Origin: Catajapyx aquilonaris | Taxonomy: Eukaryota | Length of the DNA stretch: 64,000 bases | Assembly (NCBI GenBank): GCA_000934665.2 | Contig: JYFJ02000988.1 | Location: 1-64,000 of the forward strand | Direction of reading: 5' to 3' | Shown: positions 40,188 to 55,452 of the stretch, in pieces | How the letters are laid out: each line of letters starts with the position of its first letter | Numbering within the stretch: the stretch's first letter is position 1 | The notes under the pieces: generated by a model | Told to the model about the DNA's origin: nothing | Databases searched by the model: none | Seen by the model: only the letters and a program-made list of their open reading frames with translations | Position numbers and translations under genes: made by a program

Positions 40188-43100
40188 TATTTTGCAATCT
40201 TTGTGAGCGATATCGCACATGGCACAAGCTCGTCACCAGCCATACCTTTGCTCTTCCTCTTTGTGCTATAAAGTACTGTACGCTGTATAATTTTTCCAGC
40301 TGTATTGCAAGGTTACAGATGTGACTCGTTGATGTAATGTCTTAGTAGTTCCACTGGTGGTCAGGTTACGTTTGTGCACAGTGTGACACTCAAAAATATA
40401 TAAGTTACTTAAGAAGCTTGGGTCAAGACAGGCTTGGCTGCCTCGTCTTGATACTCTTGCCAATGAAAATGCACGAGCCATGAAATTGGACGTGGAAATA
40501 TTCATTGGGGAACTAAAAGTTAGTTGAAGAAATACGTATTTATAGTGAGGCTTGCCTGGCATGATGCCGCCCAAGTGGAGAGGGAAAGTTTTAATTTCTG
40601 TACAGAATCGCTCAATTATGAATATGATGAATGAGGAGTGTGGGAAAGGAAAGGGTTGGGGGGGGGGGGGCCTGGGTGTGTAATTTGCAGTGGGGCCTGG
40701 GCTGACCTAGGTCCAATGCTGGAGATGTTCACACCAAAAGGTGCATCACATGGCATAAACAGGCCTACATGATTTTATTTTATTCCCAAAGTACCAGAAG
40801 ATGGCATATACTATGATGTTGAGCATAGCAAACAATTTTAAGCCTGCCAAATTGGTATTACATATTATTTCTGTTTACATTACGTGACACTTCCTAGATT
40901 TAGTCCTAGCTAGATGACTAAAAAATTTCTCTGGAGTAACTCTACAACCGATGGTCCATGTCAGGAAACCACCTGTACACTCAGAGAATAACGGTGGTGA
41001 TGGTGGTGATCATTGAAAAAACTGTTAATTTTAATTTGTCCATAATAATGCACAATTTAGCCAATAATAAGGAAGGATAAACAGAAGGAGATCTCTTGTC
41101 TTTTCTGATGACCTTGGGCAACAAAGGGAATGATTGCTAACTTCAAATGATACTGTACGTGAAAGAAGATCGAACCATGCCAACGTAGGGGGCCCTAAGG
41201 ATTCCATTCATGACCTTGGTTGGTCAGCTAGTGGCATGGATACTACTGTATGACCTCGATTGTGTGGAAATATGGACTTCTAAAATGTAGCATCCCAGGC
41301 TTGGGAGTGGATATGTTTTTCCTGGGAAAGTAAGAGTTTCATGGGAATTAGGCCCTCACCTCAGGTGTGATGGCCAGATTTTTTTTGGACCGATGCAGCC
41401 CATTGCAATGTTCCTGTATTTACACGTTTCTGCCAGAATGCCCTAGACACAAAATACACAGTCATAAAGTTCAGACCAACTGGATGAAATTGGAGCAGTT
41501 TTTTTTGCACAAGTACTTGTAGTTTTGCAACATTTTACTGAATTGATTGGAAACAGTTATTGAAGATGTGCTACTTGCTGAATAACTGCATATAACTAGA
41601 AAAGAACGGATCATATAGACAGCGTTGTTTTATTTGGAAGTGTTTGGTGTAATCGAGGTCCCACACACAAACGAAAATAAAATACAACCTGTGTTGAAAC
41701 TAGCGAAAGTTGAACTGAACTTAAGACAGGTCAGACTTGTATTCCATTGAAAGAGAGGCTGCCTTTTTCTTATCCCGTCATTCTTAAGAATTATTGCGGA
41801 GTGTTATGAGTGGACTTTAATTTAGGCAATAAAACGCTTGTGCATCATAAAAGTCCTAATGTGTGACGTCATTTTGATGCCAATATGGATTGGTCATTAA
41901 AGTCATTCTTGGCAAGTGTAAACAATTTCGAGCCATATTTTTTAAGCGGAAAGGTGACGCCTAGAGGAAGATATTAAAGTTCGCAAAAGTTAAACGTAAG
42001 TGGGGTCAACACTACGAAGTGAAAGCTTTGTCCACATAACTTACCATGTATAAGGTGAACAAAAGAAATGTTCAGAAAATTATAGAGTCTGCTTGTTTTT
42101 CATACAACAGTACATATACTTTTTAGAACATCTGAGCTATACGTTACGTGAATCATTGTAGAGAGCCAAGTATCCTACAGCACTCAGCAATTACAATGTC
42201 CAAAATGCAATATGACTTCAACAAAATATGATCTGCCTGCCATACTTTTCGACAAGTCCTGCAAATTACCCATTAACTTTTCCGCAAAGTGTGAATTTGT
42301 TGGACATTGCATGACTTTCAAGTAACTTATCACATGCACCTAGATTTCATACAGTGTAGGCCTATTCGTCATTACTCACTACACGTATATGAAAGGTAGT
42401 TTGTTGAAAGGACTAAATCAACGTGCATTTGAAAAGCGACCATCATGCTTTCAAACCGCTCTCAGATTATCTCAAGTCGTGTTTAAAATCCTCTTAAAAT
42501 ATTAGTGTGATGTAACATGCTTTATGAATCTTCATACCCTTGAAAACTGCATGAGTTGAAGACGTGTTATGTATGATTTAACACTTGCTGCTATGGATTC
42601 CTGTCTCATTAATATTCATTACAGTACACAGCGGCGACGCGTAATGTTATTTTATATTACTGCCATATATAATTTATATATTTAAAAAAAGTAATTACAG
42701 CCGAGGCTGTGTACAAGTTATTCCATCTAGCTCCCTTCAGTTTTTCAACCGCCATGAATGAAATCTGCATCGGAATCGCAGTATGAATTTGTTATCAAGC
42801 GAATCCATTTTTGCCCACGACCTTTGCCATTCCCCAACTGATGACCAGGAAGAGATTTACTTTCCCCTCACGATCATCCAGGATTTGCAATTTTTTTCTC
42901 TCTCTCTCTCTGCCCCTTCCTATACCTTCAGACGTGATGCAACATGTAAGCCAATATTACACCGCGGAAGGATAAAACCTGCTGTCCCAATATCGCAATC
43001 CATACGCGTGTATGCATACACTATATTGTACCATGATCCTGACCATTTCGCGTGTAGAACCAATTTTTTAATGGGCCGTATCAATTCAGGAAGTCTTATT

Positions 43101-43340
43101 TCTGTAGCAATATTGTGCCAACTTTCACATGCTGGAAGATGAACCGTGCAATATTGAAAGACCATATAAAAAAGAAGAAGAAGAGAGCAATGTCTTCTCT
43201 TCCTTCACTTTAGGAAGGAATTGGGGCAGAAAGATGGCATTTCATCCTTTCGGTTCAGACCTAGCCTAATGGATCTTCATGCGGCTCATGCCACCGGGAA
43301 AAAAAAGGTTGGATTCATTTAAAACGGTAGACGAAAGGAT

Positions 43341-43367
<27 letters not shown>
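43341..43367. repeat. (GA)13 microsatellite
   Basis: Perfect GA run. Confidence 0.95.
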
Positions 43368-43371
<4 letters not shown>

Positions 43372-45569
43372 AAAAAAATTGATGAACTTTCCAACCGCAG
43401 TAATTAATTACCATTTTCCAATCATGTCCGCAGCTAATGAGTCAGAAATGCGACCGCTTCTGCTGGGATGAAATGAACGTTGTGCTAACAGGGGCTCATA
43501 AACCATTTGGTGACGCTGATTGGAGAGGATGAGAAATGTGATCAGTGATTAGTGATGATTTCTTGTCCATAAAGTGTCGATCAAATTACTGCTGCGAATG
43601 TGATGCGTTAAGTACTGAGGGATTTGACAAAGGCCCTGCTGCGTGATTGATGCGCTATTCATGTGTTATACCTGTCAACGATGTATTTATGCTGGCGACG
43701 TGCATCCTGAGATTTTTTATATTAACCTTCAATTAGCGGGGGCGAGGTCTGATGGGGGGCCTCACATTATTTATGCCATTATTTTTTTAAACGACAGCAC
43801 TAATTGAAGGTTAAATATTAGGACCGTCGGAGCTAGAGTATGATGCTGGGTGGCATAGCACTGCAACATGTAGGGGGCAAAGGTACGTCTCTCTAATGGT
43901 TTTACTAATATGTGCTCTGCCTGAATGTTTTATGGCCAGGCTGAATTTTACGTGCCATTTCCAGTATTTTAATCTGGCAGCAGAGCAAACAGTGTCTGGC
44001 TTTGATACCGACCACATCACGAAATAGCACTGAACGTGTATACATTTGTAGTGGAACGGACTTGGTTTATATTATTACGTGGGCAAGCAATCGCTGAAAA
44101 CATATATGAAAATAATAGGGTCAGTGGTGAAAGGTAATTGCACTAAAATTGCGCTATAAAACGATTCAGCAGCAGACTATATATTTCCACAATGTCTATA
44201 GTGTATAGTTCGGCCTCAATCTGAAGTCACCTTCAGTTCAACAACCCTGAAGCGCACAAGCAGCATCGTCCTATTCCAAATAATCACGCGTTTTTCTCAC
44301 ATCTCGTATCCAGGTGAGAAAATGCGGAGAGAATTTTTCAATTGTGCGTGTTCTGTGACCCATCATCATTTCAAATCTCTGTAGGTCAACCAGTTTTCGA
44401 ATATAATAGCTGGGTTGTGTTTTGATATTCTCAATAGGAGCAGCAGCTTTAAACATGAAAAATTTTCACTCTGCACTTGCTGCAGAGAAAGGTAAAAGTG
44501 ACCCGGATGCTCCATTGGAGATTCCATGGCCTTACATAAATTCGACAACTTTCACCCCCCCTGTTCTTGCAAAATCCATATATGCTCCACGTATGCTGCA
44601 CTAATGAATGCATCACATCATTGACCCTATCTGACCTACATATCTCGTGGAGGAAACTACTAATCCTATCGACCATGAAATTTCTGCTCGTAATATGTGA
44701 GTTATGAAAGCCCATTTGATTGAATTTTGGCGAGTCAGCAATCAGTATATATAGTTCGCGGTTTTATCCTTCTGGCCAATATCTTAATTCCCAAAGCGAC
44801 GGTTTGTCATAAGTTAACGACTTCTTAATGCACTAACGGGATGTGAGGTGATAAATGATCCTAATATATGGCCGGAAGCAGTGTCAGAATGCTGGCTAAC
44901 AACGTCTCCATCTTGGCTATTTTTTGTGTGTGTGTGTCTTCTTCCCTTAGAGGACATCGCCAAAAAGCCTGGAGGTACTTCGATCTCTTCCTTTCATCGG
45001 GTATGATTTATTCGCTACCAGGCGCCAGAGATTTCGCTCTTTCCGAACCAATAAAAAGGAGAGAACGCTACAACAAATGGTTAAAATCTCACTTCGTGCA
45101 TTGTAACCTCTTTTTTTTTGCGTATATAGATTGATTGGCGAGTAAATTGGCATGATGGTTTTTGTTGCGAGCAGGTAACAATAGGGCAGTTTTTTTCTTC
45201 TTCTTCAGCATCAGCCTCACTGTACCCCTCCCTTTGTAAAACTTTCTCAACATCCGGTCTTTTCGCCCTGATATTCATCCGTTCGTATAAGACAAGGTCC
45301 TCACTTCCGATATCCACCAAAATCATGACGTGTGCCGTGATAATTATTTGCCAACTTTCCCTTCTTGCAACCGGTTTCCGACTACTCATCCTGGAAAGTG
45401 CAAAATGAAAATGCTTCACATTCCTATCCGCACAGCCTCGTGCGGCTCTCCACACTGAACTTTATTTATATATTTTCTTACAAATAATCATCAAAAAGGT
45501 ACAGCACGTCAATTGTTCAAACCTAAATTTGAACAAATATGTATAGACTATTATAGTTATTAAATATTT

Positions 45570-45818
45570 GAAGGGGTCGGTGCAATACCGCCCTAACCCA
45601 CCAAATGACACAAATTGAGTTAAGCACACTTCCATGTACTACACTCATGTATCTAATAAAATCCATTGAAATTGTGCAGTTTCTGCCATCGGTCACTGAG
45701 AAATCAAATGAAATAAGTCACATGGTATATGGGATGTATATGGCCTCTCAAACTTTCAACTGCAGTTTTCTCAAAATCAGGTTTGGGAGGGTTAGGGCAG
45801 TATTGCACCGACCCCTTC
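45570..45818. mobile_element. 249-bp MITE with 30-bp TIRs and 4-bp ATTT TSD (Sola-like)
   Basis: GAAGGGGTCGGTGCAATACCGCCCTAACCC matches the reverse complement of the right end at 29/30. ATTT at 45566-45569 and 45819-45822. Confidence 0.85.
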
Positions 45819-48800
45819 ATTTGTTTATGGCTGTTTATTTATTGACACACATATGTCATAATATTGTGCTGTGAATTGAAACTAATTAGTGTCAGACTAC
45901 TGGTTGCTAAATGCACTTGAATAATTATTAACATTATTGTATCGAACTGCGATTAACAATAATACTGTAATTTTCATGCCAAGTGAGTGCAGTTCCAGTA
46001 TGACTCGTTGTACATCACAGCGCACATTACTCAAAACGTTTCATTTTTGTGAAAATCCCGATGAAAATGTGTCTTCCTGCTCGGCTGTAGTACAAGTAGT
46101 TGTTTTGAACCCCCGAGGACTCAAACTATGCGAACTGAAAGACGTCGCATGTAAGTGACCGAAAACATTTTTTTTCCAGTGAACGTCCCCGGAACTAGTG
46201 AAAGTCGTCATGCAACATAAGTTGATTAATTGTGTACACGTTGTTTTCTTTCGGCGCTTGTGGCATTTGCACGATTGTTTCCGTCTGAATACTTCCGAAA
46301 CGTAATGTTCGCATTTACGTATACTAATGGCGTTTATTGCCAGGACGTCATGCGCATACTAAACAATCTCCGTGTTTGCACTTTTTCCTAGTAATAAATA
46401 ACGATTTAAAAAAAACTGGCGACATGTATATGCAAATAAAGATTTCTGCAGGCCCATATCTCTCTGCTCTTTTTGTCTTGCTCAGTCATGATGAGAAAAT
46501 CGGCTTATCCGCACTAGATAGCACCTAAGTGTCTTCATTTGCATGCATGTCCCTTTACGAGAGAGGTGTTCACTTGTCACTTTTACTTCCACTAACTTCC
46601 TCGTTTTATAACCGTCTGGGAAATGAACACATCTGCTAATGTACTCGAGTATAAAATCTGATATCAACCAGCAGAGGCTTATGTATGACCAGCTTTGGCT
46701 TTATGGTGTTTGCTGCTGATCTTTTCAGTTATTACGCAACGAGTCTAGGAATTTTGCAAAAGAATATTGTTCAGCACGCTTTTATGCGAGGTCACACTCA
46801 CGCAGAGCTAATTTCTGGGCAATTCAAATATGTTTTTTTAGTAAAGTGTAGCTGCTTTTATCCGTGATTGCACGTTGTTTCAACAATAAGCATGAAATGA
46901 TCGCATTATGAACACGAGATCCCCAAATGACTTCCCACGTTGTGCAATTGGTTTAGGCTGAATGGGAGGCATGGAGATATGGAAGAAAAAAAAATCTCTG
47001 CAATAATCACTGGCGAACGTGGAAAGCGAACAGTATGGTGTCTCTGTTCGGCTGAAACTGCACAATTAGGCCGAATTCATATGAAATTGCTTCCCTGCCG
47101 CTATTTAGAAAATCAGCCACCATTCAAGCATTCCCTGCTCCTTTTCTCAGAACATGATTCCAGCCTCCCAACGGACTGAAAAGGCCTGGCTAATTAGAAG
47201 AACAACACCAGCTGCCTTTTGCCACGACGCATTTCTACTGTAATCGTTCATGCAGCAGACGTGCAAAGGTACATGACATAAAGATCCGGACTGGAGCTAC
47301 TTTGTCTTGTACAGTTGCAAGAAATCTGTTTAGGGAATACTATATAGCATCACCATGATTATTTAATCTCTTCAGGCACATCCTTAATTAATTATTAATA
47401 TTTTAAAATTTAAATTGGGATTGCAAACTGTAAAATTTGAATCTTCAGCTGCAATTTTTATTTCGAACTTTTTAAACAAAATCGTACTGTACATGTTGTA
47501 TGCTATCAGTTGAAGACAAGGTGACGAATTTCACGCACTTTGCACTCACTTTAAAATTAGTTTTAAAATGCGAAATCTGTTGCACACTATACTTCCCGAG
47601 AAGGAGCAATCAAGCTGCAGTAAATGGTTGGTTGGAATTGGGCTGCTCTTATCTCTTTCCTGCGATCACCTTTCTTCACTGCACTTCATCAAGCATTATA
47701 TCCCAGTCGATGTTTTTGAGCCCCGGCTCAACTCGGCGCTCAAGTTAATGTTACACAAGTTAAAACCCTTTCCTCCTCCTCCTCCTCCCACCTCCATCCT
47801 ATCCCTCTCTATATACTACTTTCATCCTAGAGACTATTACCACACAAAAGAAGCTCTCTTTGCAACTTGCAGAACAATTTCCTCGAGCAATTTCATTCGC
47901 CTCTGGGTTACAAAGGAGAAATTCCAAGCGTCTCCTTTTCCCGGGCTAAGTTTTATGATGGAGACACAAACTTAAGATGCTGGTGGCATCAACAAGGGAT
48001 GACATAACCCCCCCTCCTTCCAGCCAGACTATCTAACGGTGAGAATTTCTTCTGCTACTTTACAAAGCTTGTAATACGTGTCGTAGACGAAAGAGGCAGA
48101 TAATCTCACATTTGGCTGGGAAAACTTCTCGCGGAAATTTTATTGCTGGTCTTAATCAAGACTTGTTAGAAACACATGCGAGCACGTGTAGATTCACTGA
48201 ACCCTTGCTCACCTTTGTATACTTACACATCAGCAAGAACTACTGTTACTTTGTGTTCTGTAGGTTCAACATGTACTTCTTTGAAATACTTACGCTAAAA
48301 TGATTGTCCATGTGTGGTGCAGGATAAGTGAGATTTATTGGATGGCAATTTAACAGCTTATCTTCTCCGGGACGAAACATTTAGAAACATCTTGAACATT
48401 GTCTACTCATTGGCATGGAGTTGGCTGGATAAGTAGTGCTACATGTGGAAAATTGATGTGTGGTGATATGAAATGGCCATAATTTAAATTTTATAGTTGC
48501 TGTATCTACAATGTATATATAGGTGGCCTCGGGTGGCCTTAACACAATCTTGGAAGATAACATCTTACAATCCCAACTGAATACGCAAAATATTCTTTCT
48601 CACGGGATGATATCACACAATGAGAAGATATGCAAGAATTCTCGTTTCCAAACTGAAGGCAACCTATGTCAAGGTTTTCAACCTATAGAATAGGCGAATA
48701 TCATATCGCAACAAAGGAGATTACTTCAAAGCTATATGCCTTTTCTGTTTAGAAGATGCCGTAAGAATATAGCCTTCTTCTTAAATGAGTAATCCGAGCC

Positions 48801-51800
48801 TAATTGACTCTGGAGTCAAGAGGAACGCAAAACTGATTAATCCAACTGGCAATAATTAACGTCGCTCCAAACTCTTCCTTCCTCCGTTTTTTTTTTGCCA
48901 TCAAGAAGTTTTCCTTTATATGCACAAAGGTGAGCCAGCATAGTCTGAGACCTGGCTTAGGTTCATTGAAATAATATAACGAAGGCCTAGTTGCGCTTTT
49001 CAAAGGCGACGTTGCACTGTCACAAGGGGGCTAAGGACCATTACACCGGATATTTCCAGGCTCACGGGTTTATTTCTACAAACGCGACCCTGCTGCAAAG
49101 ACATACTGTACATTCGCGAACGAAAAGTAGACGTCTATAATACAGTTACCAATATTATACCTACAAAATCCTATAGCAAGTGCTCTTAACAGTATAGCAT
49201 GCTCCCAGCAGGTACATGAACTTTTCCAACATGTAATCTGCGTTCATGAGTTGCTCCTGAAGCCTATAGTTTTATCATACAAACACATGCAATAGAAGCA
49301 ACCTAGCGAGGAATTTTATAGAGCAGCACGTTTCCTACTCGTATACTATAGGTTCGCAATGTCGACACAGAATGTTCAGCTTGTCGGCAACAATGGTCGA
49401 CTGTGCACACGTATGTTGCGCAAACCAGTTTTCTTCTTGGTTTATCTAGCATCCGGAAAGATAATCTCCGATCAGCTCCTGCACTGATCCTTTCATGTGT
49501 GTAGAATATATATATATTCCCCCCACCTCAACGAGACCACCGAGAAACTAACTCAAGCAGCACAACCTTGACCAAGTTGATTCTGAACTTTTTTTTCGTT
49601 CGGTGAATAAAGCCTGCCATGTTTACGTAAGACACGCTTTCACTCTCCGGACCGTACATTTTAGGAAGTTGCTGGCTAGGTAAAGAGAAGGGCAGCAACC
49701 CGTGCACGATGGGAAAGTGGAGGATTGACCAACAGCACAGCAGGGCCAAGGTCAGTCTGTGGGCATCTTGGTCAAGGGAACGGTGCCCACCGGTCAATCG
49801 CACTGAAAGAACTGCGCCCATGGGAAAATCGCGGAATAAATTAGAAAACTTCGGGTCTTGCAAATGTCGAAACCTACATTTTTTTTATTACTTCCTGTTA
49901 TGTCCACGTATCATGAGGGAATCGAGGTGTCACCTGAGCCTTCAGCTGTGAGATTACTCTGAGGGTATACAGAAAGTCTTCGTTTGTATACGGTTTGGTT
50001 AAGATTTTGAAAATTGGCTTGCACACACATGTAACGCAGAACCTGTCAGTCACATCGGAAGGATTTAGAGACTATAATTATGTGGGTTTGAAGATTGCAT
50101 ATTGCGTGTTTTTTTTTAACACACACATATGCTGTATTTCTCTAGGAGACTGCAATTATTGCTCCAGTCATGACTGTCAAGAAATATACATCAAGAACTA
50201 TGTCACGCAATTCCTAACGAAATTATTATCATCAATATGCAATAATTCAGGAGCTACTTCCATTCAATCTGGGCATAAAATTATGTGATATTTTTAAACA
50301 TCCTCTTATAATAGCTGTTACTGAAAGTTACTGTTTCAGAATAACCCGTTTAGTGAAAAATTATTACATTTTTATAGAAATTCTTGTAATAAAGTGTACC
50401 AATAATACTGTAATAACTAACAAAGGCTTGTTACAACACAAACAGTTTCAGAATTGATGTAATTTGGCCGCTAAAATGTTATACAGAGATTCGCAGAAAG
50501 GACGGGCGTGAAACTCTGAATCCTGGCTGTATAAAGTTTATGTCTGGAGTTTGCCAATGTCGCCTTGCACCGGTACCGCCCTGTACTCGTACGGTTTCCG
50601 CTTACGTGGTGCTAAAACGGCCGCCAACTAAAGATTTACTGTGCGAACTACTTAAACCCGTTTACTTTCCGGAAGCCTTGTCCTGTTATGGAGGTGCAAA
50701 GTGGAGATCCAGCGTCTTAACTCTGTAAGACTGGCTCAGGGACTAAAACCGGGGCTCCCAGGCAGATGGGGCGTCATAAATCCAGCAATTAATGAACGCA
50801 AGCAAACCTTCCGTCTCGTCGGATGGATCTTAATCTTGGAAAAGGGGGGGGGNGGGGGGGGGGAGGACTATCTCTTCAGGACAGAAACTGGAACGTGTAT
50901 ACTGCAAAGAGAATAATGTACAGCACAACTTCTCCACACTGCTTGAAATACGCCAATCCTTAGTTTCAAGGGACGAAATCAATTTGGGGTTTAACAGTCT
51001 GTAAAGCGGAAACTGTGGATGTACCGTCTTAATAGGAAAATGTGTCTTATGTGTACACAGAATAACTTCTCGAACAAACATGGTGAACCATGAATTTGAA
51101 GTGGACGGGGACGGGCACAACTCTTGGAGCTTCCAAAATGCATTTTTGCTCGCAATAAGACTATATAACTTTGTGGGTGCGTGTTCAGCGCGTACGGAGG
51201 AAGACACTGCATTGTGTATAGTAGGGTCATAAAATTAACAGGATTGAGGAGCGTTTTACCAGCAGGAAAGGTGCAGTTACAAACACTGCAACATTAATCA
51301 ACTCACGCCTTTGGTTCAACCTGCCACAAAATTTTCTGAGCAGATCCATGCATCTTGACTCACAATGGGCTCCCAGCACAACAATGGAGCTTAGCTCTAC
51401 CATGCCCTTCCCCCCTCTCTCCATCAGCCTATATACTATACTAACCCCACGGTTATATAGACCTCCATGCCTATTTTATTGCTTTCCCGGATAGACTTGC
51501 GGGTTGCTAATGCACACGAAAAGCCTTCCATTAGGACAGATTGTGGACTTTTGCTGGGTCAGTGCATTATTGAAGTTGGCTAACTGTCAGCAAACTCGCA
51601 AGAGTTGTGTGCAGCACAGGATTGGACTATGCAATACTTGGGCCGGAACGGGTATATGCTGCCTCGTTCTGGTTCAGGAAAACATTAAGAACATGTGACC
51701 AGCATTGGGAATGACCCAAGTGTACTGTCAAATGAGATCCGGTACCGGTATGCCACAAGGACTTCCGGAGGCGTGAAAAGGGAAGCTGTTAACTTACATA

Positions 51801-54800
51801 TGAATAGAAGAATGGACATTTCGTCAATAAATTACGCATGAGGATGTACAGGACATTGTCTCGAAGCTGGAGAAGCAAAGAGCTGTAAAATATTTCGACG
51901 ACCATGAGATGTGATATTCAAATTGAATGGAGATGTGACACAATTATAGCGGTAATTTTTAAAATGGCCAACTGCAAATACAGCCATAAACTCTTCATAG
52001 CAGTTGCTTTAATTTTGGCGCAATAATAAAGTAATAATGTGAGCATATCACATAACTTATTAATCAGTATTTTAATATTCAATCCAACCTAATTATCGCA
52101 TAATGAGCTGAAAGGGAAAATGGGAACGCTTGTTTCATTACGTTCTAGCCGAATTGCTATTTTACGACTTCAACCTTTTTATTAGGCAATGTTTATATTA
52201 TATGCCTAACTGACTATATGCCCAGTTGGAATATGAGTGAAAACTGTTACATATCCTTGTTTCTTTTTAATATATGATGACACATCAGTTGTAAAAATCT
52301 TGCATAACTTGCTGTAAATTGTGAATAGCTAAGTAGCACTGTTGTGCAAACTTGGTTATACATGCGATGTCCGATATTGAGTTGCAAAAAAAAACAATAT
52401 TTTCTTTTGCGATGAGGTAAACAATCCTTCACCCGTCTTGAACTGCGGACTAGGACAATGCACACAGTTCAATAGAATTTGTCACATCCGTCTATAAAGA
52501 GTGAAGGCGACATTCCGATTCCGTCTCAGCATAAATCGGAAAGAATGGGCTTGTCCCATATATCCACTCTCATGATGGTAAGGTCAATCCCTCGCTCAGC
52601 AGATGTTGCAAATTACGACCAGGAAAAAAAAAGTTCCCTTCTCTTTATACTTTCGGGTATACGAAGCATGAAAATCAGCCAATAACCGGAGCAATACCGG
52701 TCTCGTTTCCTGGACTCGAAAACGATGGCCCGGGAGGAATTGTGCAAGAGCAAGTAAAAGGAAGTGAAAAGACCTGCTGATTGCTGCCAACGAGCAAAAG
52801 GCAAGCATATAGAACCCCTTTCAAACTAAGCCACTTTACCTTTCTCTTCTTTCTATAGTCCTATGTATTACTACCTGCTCATCCCTGCACACATATGTAT
52901 GTCACAAATAAGTTTATAGGTGGCACAATTATACGCCCATGTCACTATGGAAAGATGGTGTTTTTTTCCATTAATAATATAGATGAATTTTATTTGAGCA
53001 CAACACAGTTGGCATTATCGATAGCTGGTAGGCTCTCTGCATAGAGCTGGAGGTATTTCCAACGCTACCCTTGGTGAAACTACAAAATGGCCGACGTTTG
53101 CGACGGCAACACTGTCGTCACAACAAAGAGGCTGCGCGAGTGAGGGTGCGCAATCGGTTGAGCTAGTAAAAAATTCATCGATAGTTAACTGTACTTGAAT
53201 GCCAACCTATATAGACCACGACTTTTGGCGACACTAGTCCGGACAAAAGGTCCCAAAGGGTATGGTGTCTCCTCCCATACTATCTGCCCGGAACCAATGG
53301 CGGGAGAATAATCCGGAAGTTCGTCCTCCGAGATGATGGTTTCCAGTACATTGGCTTTCTTTGGGATGAGGGACAGAGCTATACTTCACGCTTTACTTCC
53401 ACTCGAAGGACGTCACGTTTGGAGACCGGGCTCGGCTAATTTCGGACCTCTGGAGGAAAAACCTGCTCCCAAGGTTCATACATTCTTGATAGCCCCGGCT
53501 AGATTGGGCTGAGTAAATATTGGGCCTCAACCTGCCGCAACAATAGAGGAAATAATTACTTCTGGTATTAATGCAAGGCCTTCCGGAAATGTTGCCGAAA
53601 TTTTAATCTGCATAGCAATGAACTTGAGGAATATGGTATATATATATATATATATAGGGGGCAGTGGGGAAATATGGGCATAGGCGGAAAAAGAACCTCT
53701 TGGGCAAGGCATGTGAAAACTTGAAGGGAACAATGGTGACAAGATACCATTCTTCTCTCGACGGTCCACTTGCAACGTCATCGCAATTCTTCCGCACGAT
53801 AAAAGCTCTGCGATTTCGGCTTCTATTCAACTCCGTGCCTTTTAGGAAATGATTCCTTAAAATCATGCAGAGTGCGATTGCTTTCAGGGCGTTTTTCAGC
53901 GACATATATAACACCATACAATATACAATGTATATGGGCTCTATTCTCTCTTAACGAAATGATAGACTAGGAAGTCTCTGAGGGAGACGCAATTTGCATT
54001 CCGAGATTATGCAAATAACTACTTTCGTCCTGTCTTTCACACCTATAGCTCATACCTTATAGTGTTGCAAACATGCGATGTGACGTGCATCTGCTTGTAA
54101 ATTGACGGGTGGAAAATGTATACTATTATAGTGTGGAAGCTCCTACTGTCAAGGAATTACGAAATGTGACGGAAGGAGAGGCAAATAATATGTAAAATAT
54201 CCACATATAAGGCAAGGGATTATTACGCATACGATGCGTGAGATAAAAATATGACGTGATGTTAAACTTGGCACATATCTCCGGATTTAGCAACAGGCTT
54301 AAGCCTTAAAACATGTACCATACTATTTTAATGCATAAGTGCCTTTGAGATCGCTTGGTTAAGAATGAACATACTGAGAATCACCAATTTTGAAAATATG
54401 TCACAAGAAATTATTTACTATACTACAAATCGACACATTGTCGACACAACTGTGCACATCAGGGCATGAGAAGTTACTCACGATATGTGCTGGAAACTGA
54501 TTGCAGTTGCCTCATGTACTATCCACTAAGTACTCGAGAAATAATTGAAGAGCATCTGCAATAGTGAGTAGTCGACACGAATTCAACACGTAATAGCCTA
54601 CATTATGTAATGCACATATAAAAATGGGGAAAATTGGAAAGGTTGCAGTGTTTTTATACAAATTTCATGTATTTTTTTTGCATATCCAGCAGCTACAATC
54701 TAGACAACATGTAACCAGATATGATGATGTAGCGGCTCCGAAATTATAATATTGACGTATATACTGTACGTATACAAAACTTCAAAAATTATCAAAATCA

Positions 54801-54968
54801 ATACACTAAACCATTCGCGGTCAGGGCCTAACTTTATATTCGCCGTTTAAAATATGCTAATGCGTCCAAAAATGTGGTGGTAACTGATGTATGAAACAAA
54901 CTCTCTGAAATCCGCATAATCTGAGATTATCCCTGAACTGCTGTGCTGATACATCCGGATATATCTCC

Positions 54969-54974
54969 TATAAA
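54969..54974 (+). promoter_or_regulatory. Candidate TATA box for torso-like
   Basis: CC-TATAAA at the AT-to-GC transition about 480 bp upstream of the tsl ATG; TSS unverified. Confidence 0.25.
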
Positions 54975-55452
54975 TTAAGTACCAGACAACATTTCTAAAC
55001 CTATAAGCGCGCGTGCCTGATCACCCGTTCAACCCTCCTGAATTGCAACACACCCGAACAATAATTTGACGCCAGCCAGGCCGCCCTTTGACCCCGGTCA
55101 TGCAATGCAGCATGCTGCGTGCGTTGGGCAGCGCAGTCAGTGCATTCCGATATACCAGGGGCAAGCTGCGGCCTGAGAAGTATCGCAACCTTTGAGAGGC
55201 ATCGTGCATGACGTGGCCCCCGCAAAGCAAGCTGCGACGGCGCAAAAGGAGTTGCGCGCCTTCATCGTATTTAGAGACAGGTTGGGAGCCAGCAGTGGGC
55301 CAGTAGAGCTGGAGGACTCGGAGAGAGAAGACAAGTGGTCCTGTAGGAGAAGTGTTGTTCAGGTGGGGGCAAGAGCACGTGCTGTGTGTTTGTGATGGCG
55401 CTTTCTCCGGGGAAGAAGACTACTCGGTGCTGTAGGATACTGGTGCAGTAGG

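Noticed and set aside
6521..50863. Long poly-C/poly-G tracts containing Ns (6534, 12546-12548, 50853)
   Set aside because: Homopolymers with ambiguous base calls; lengths are unreliable and best treated as an assembly caveat.
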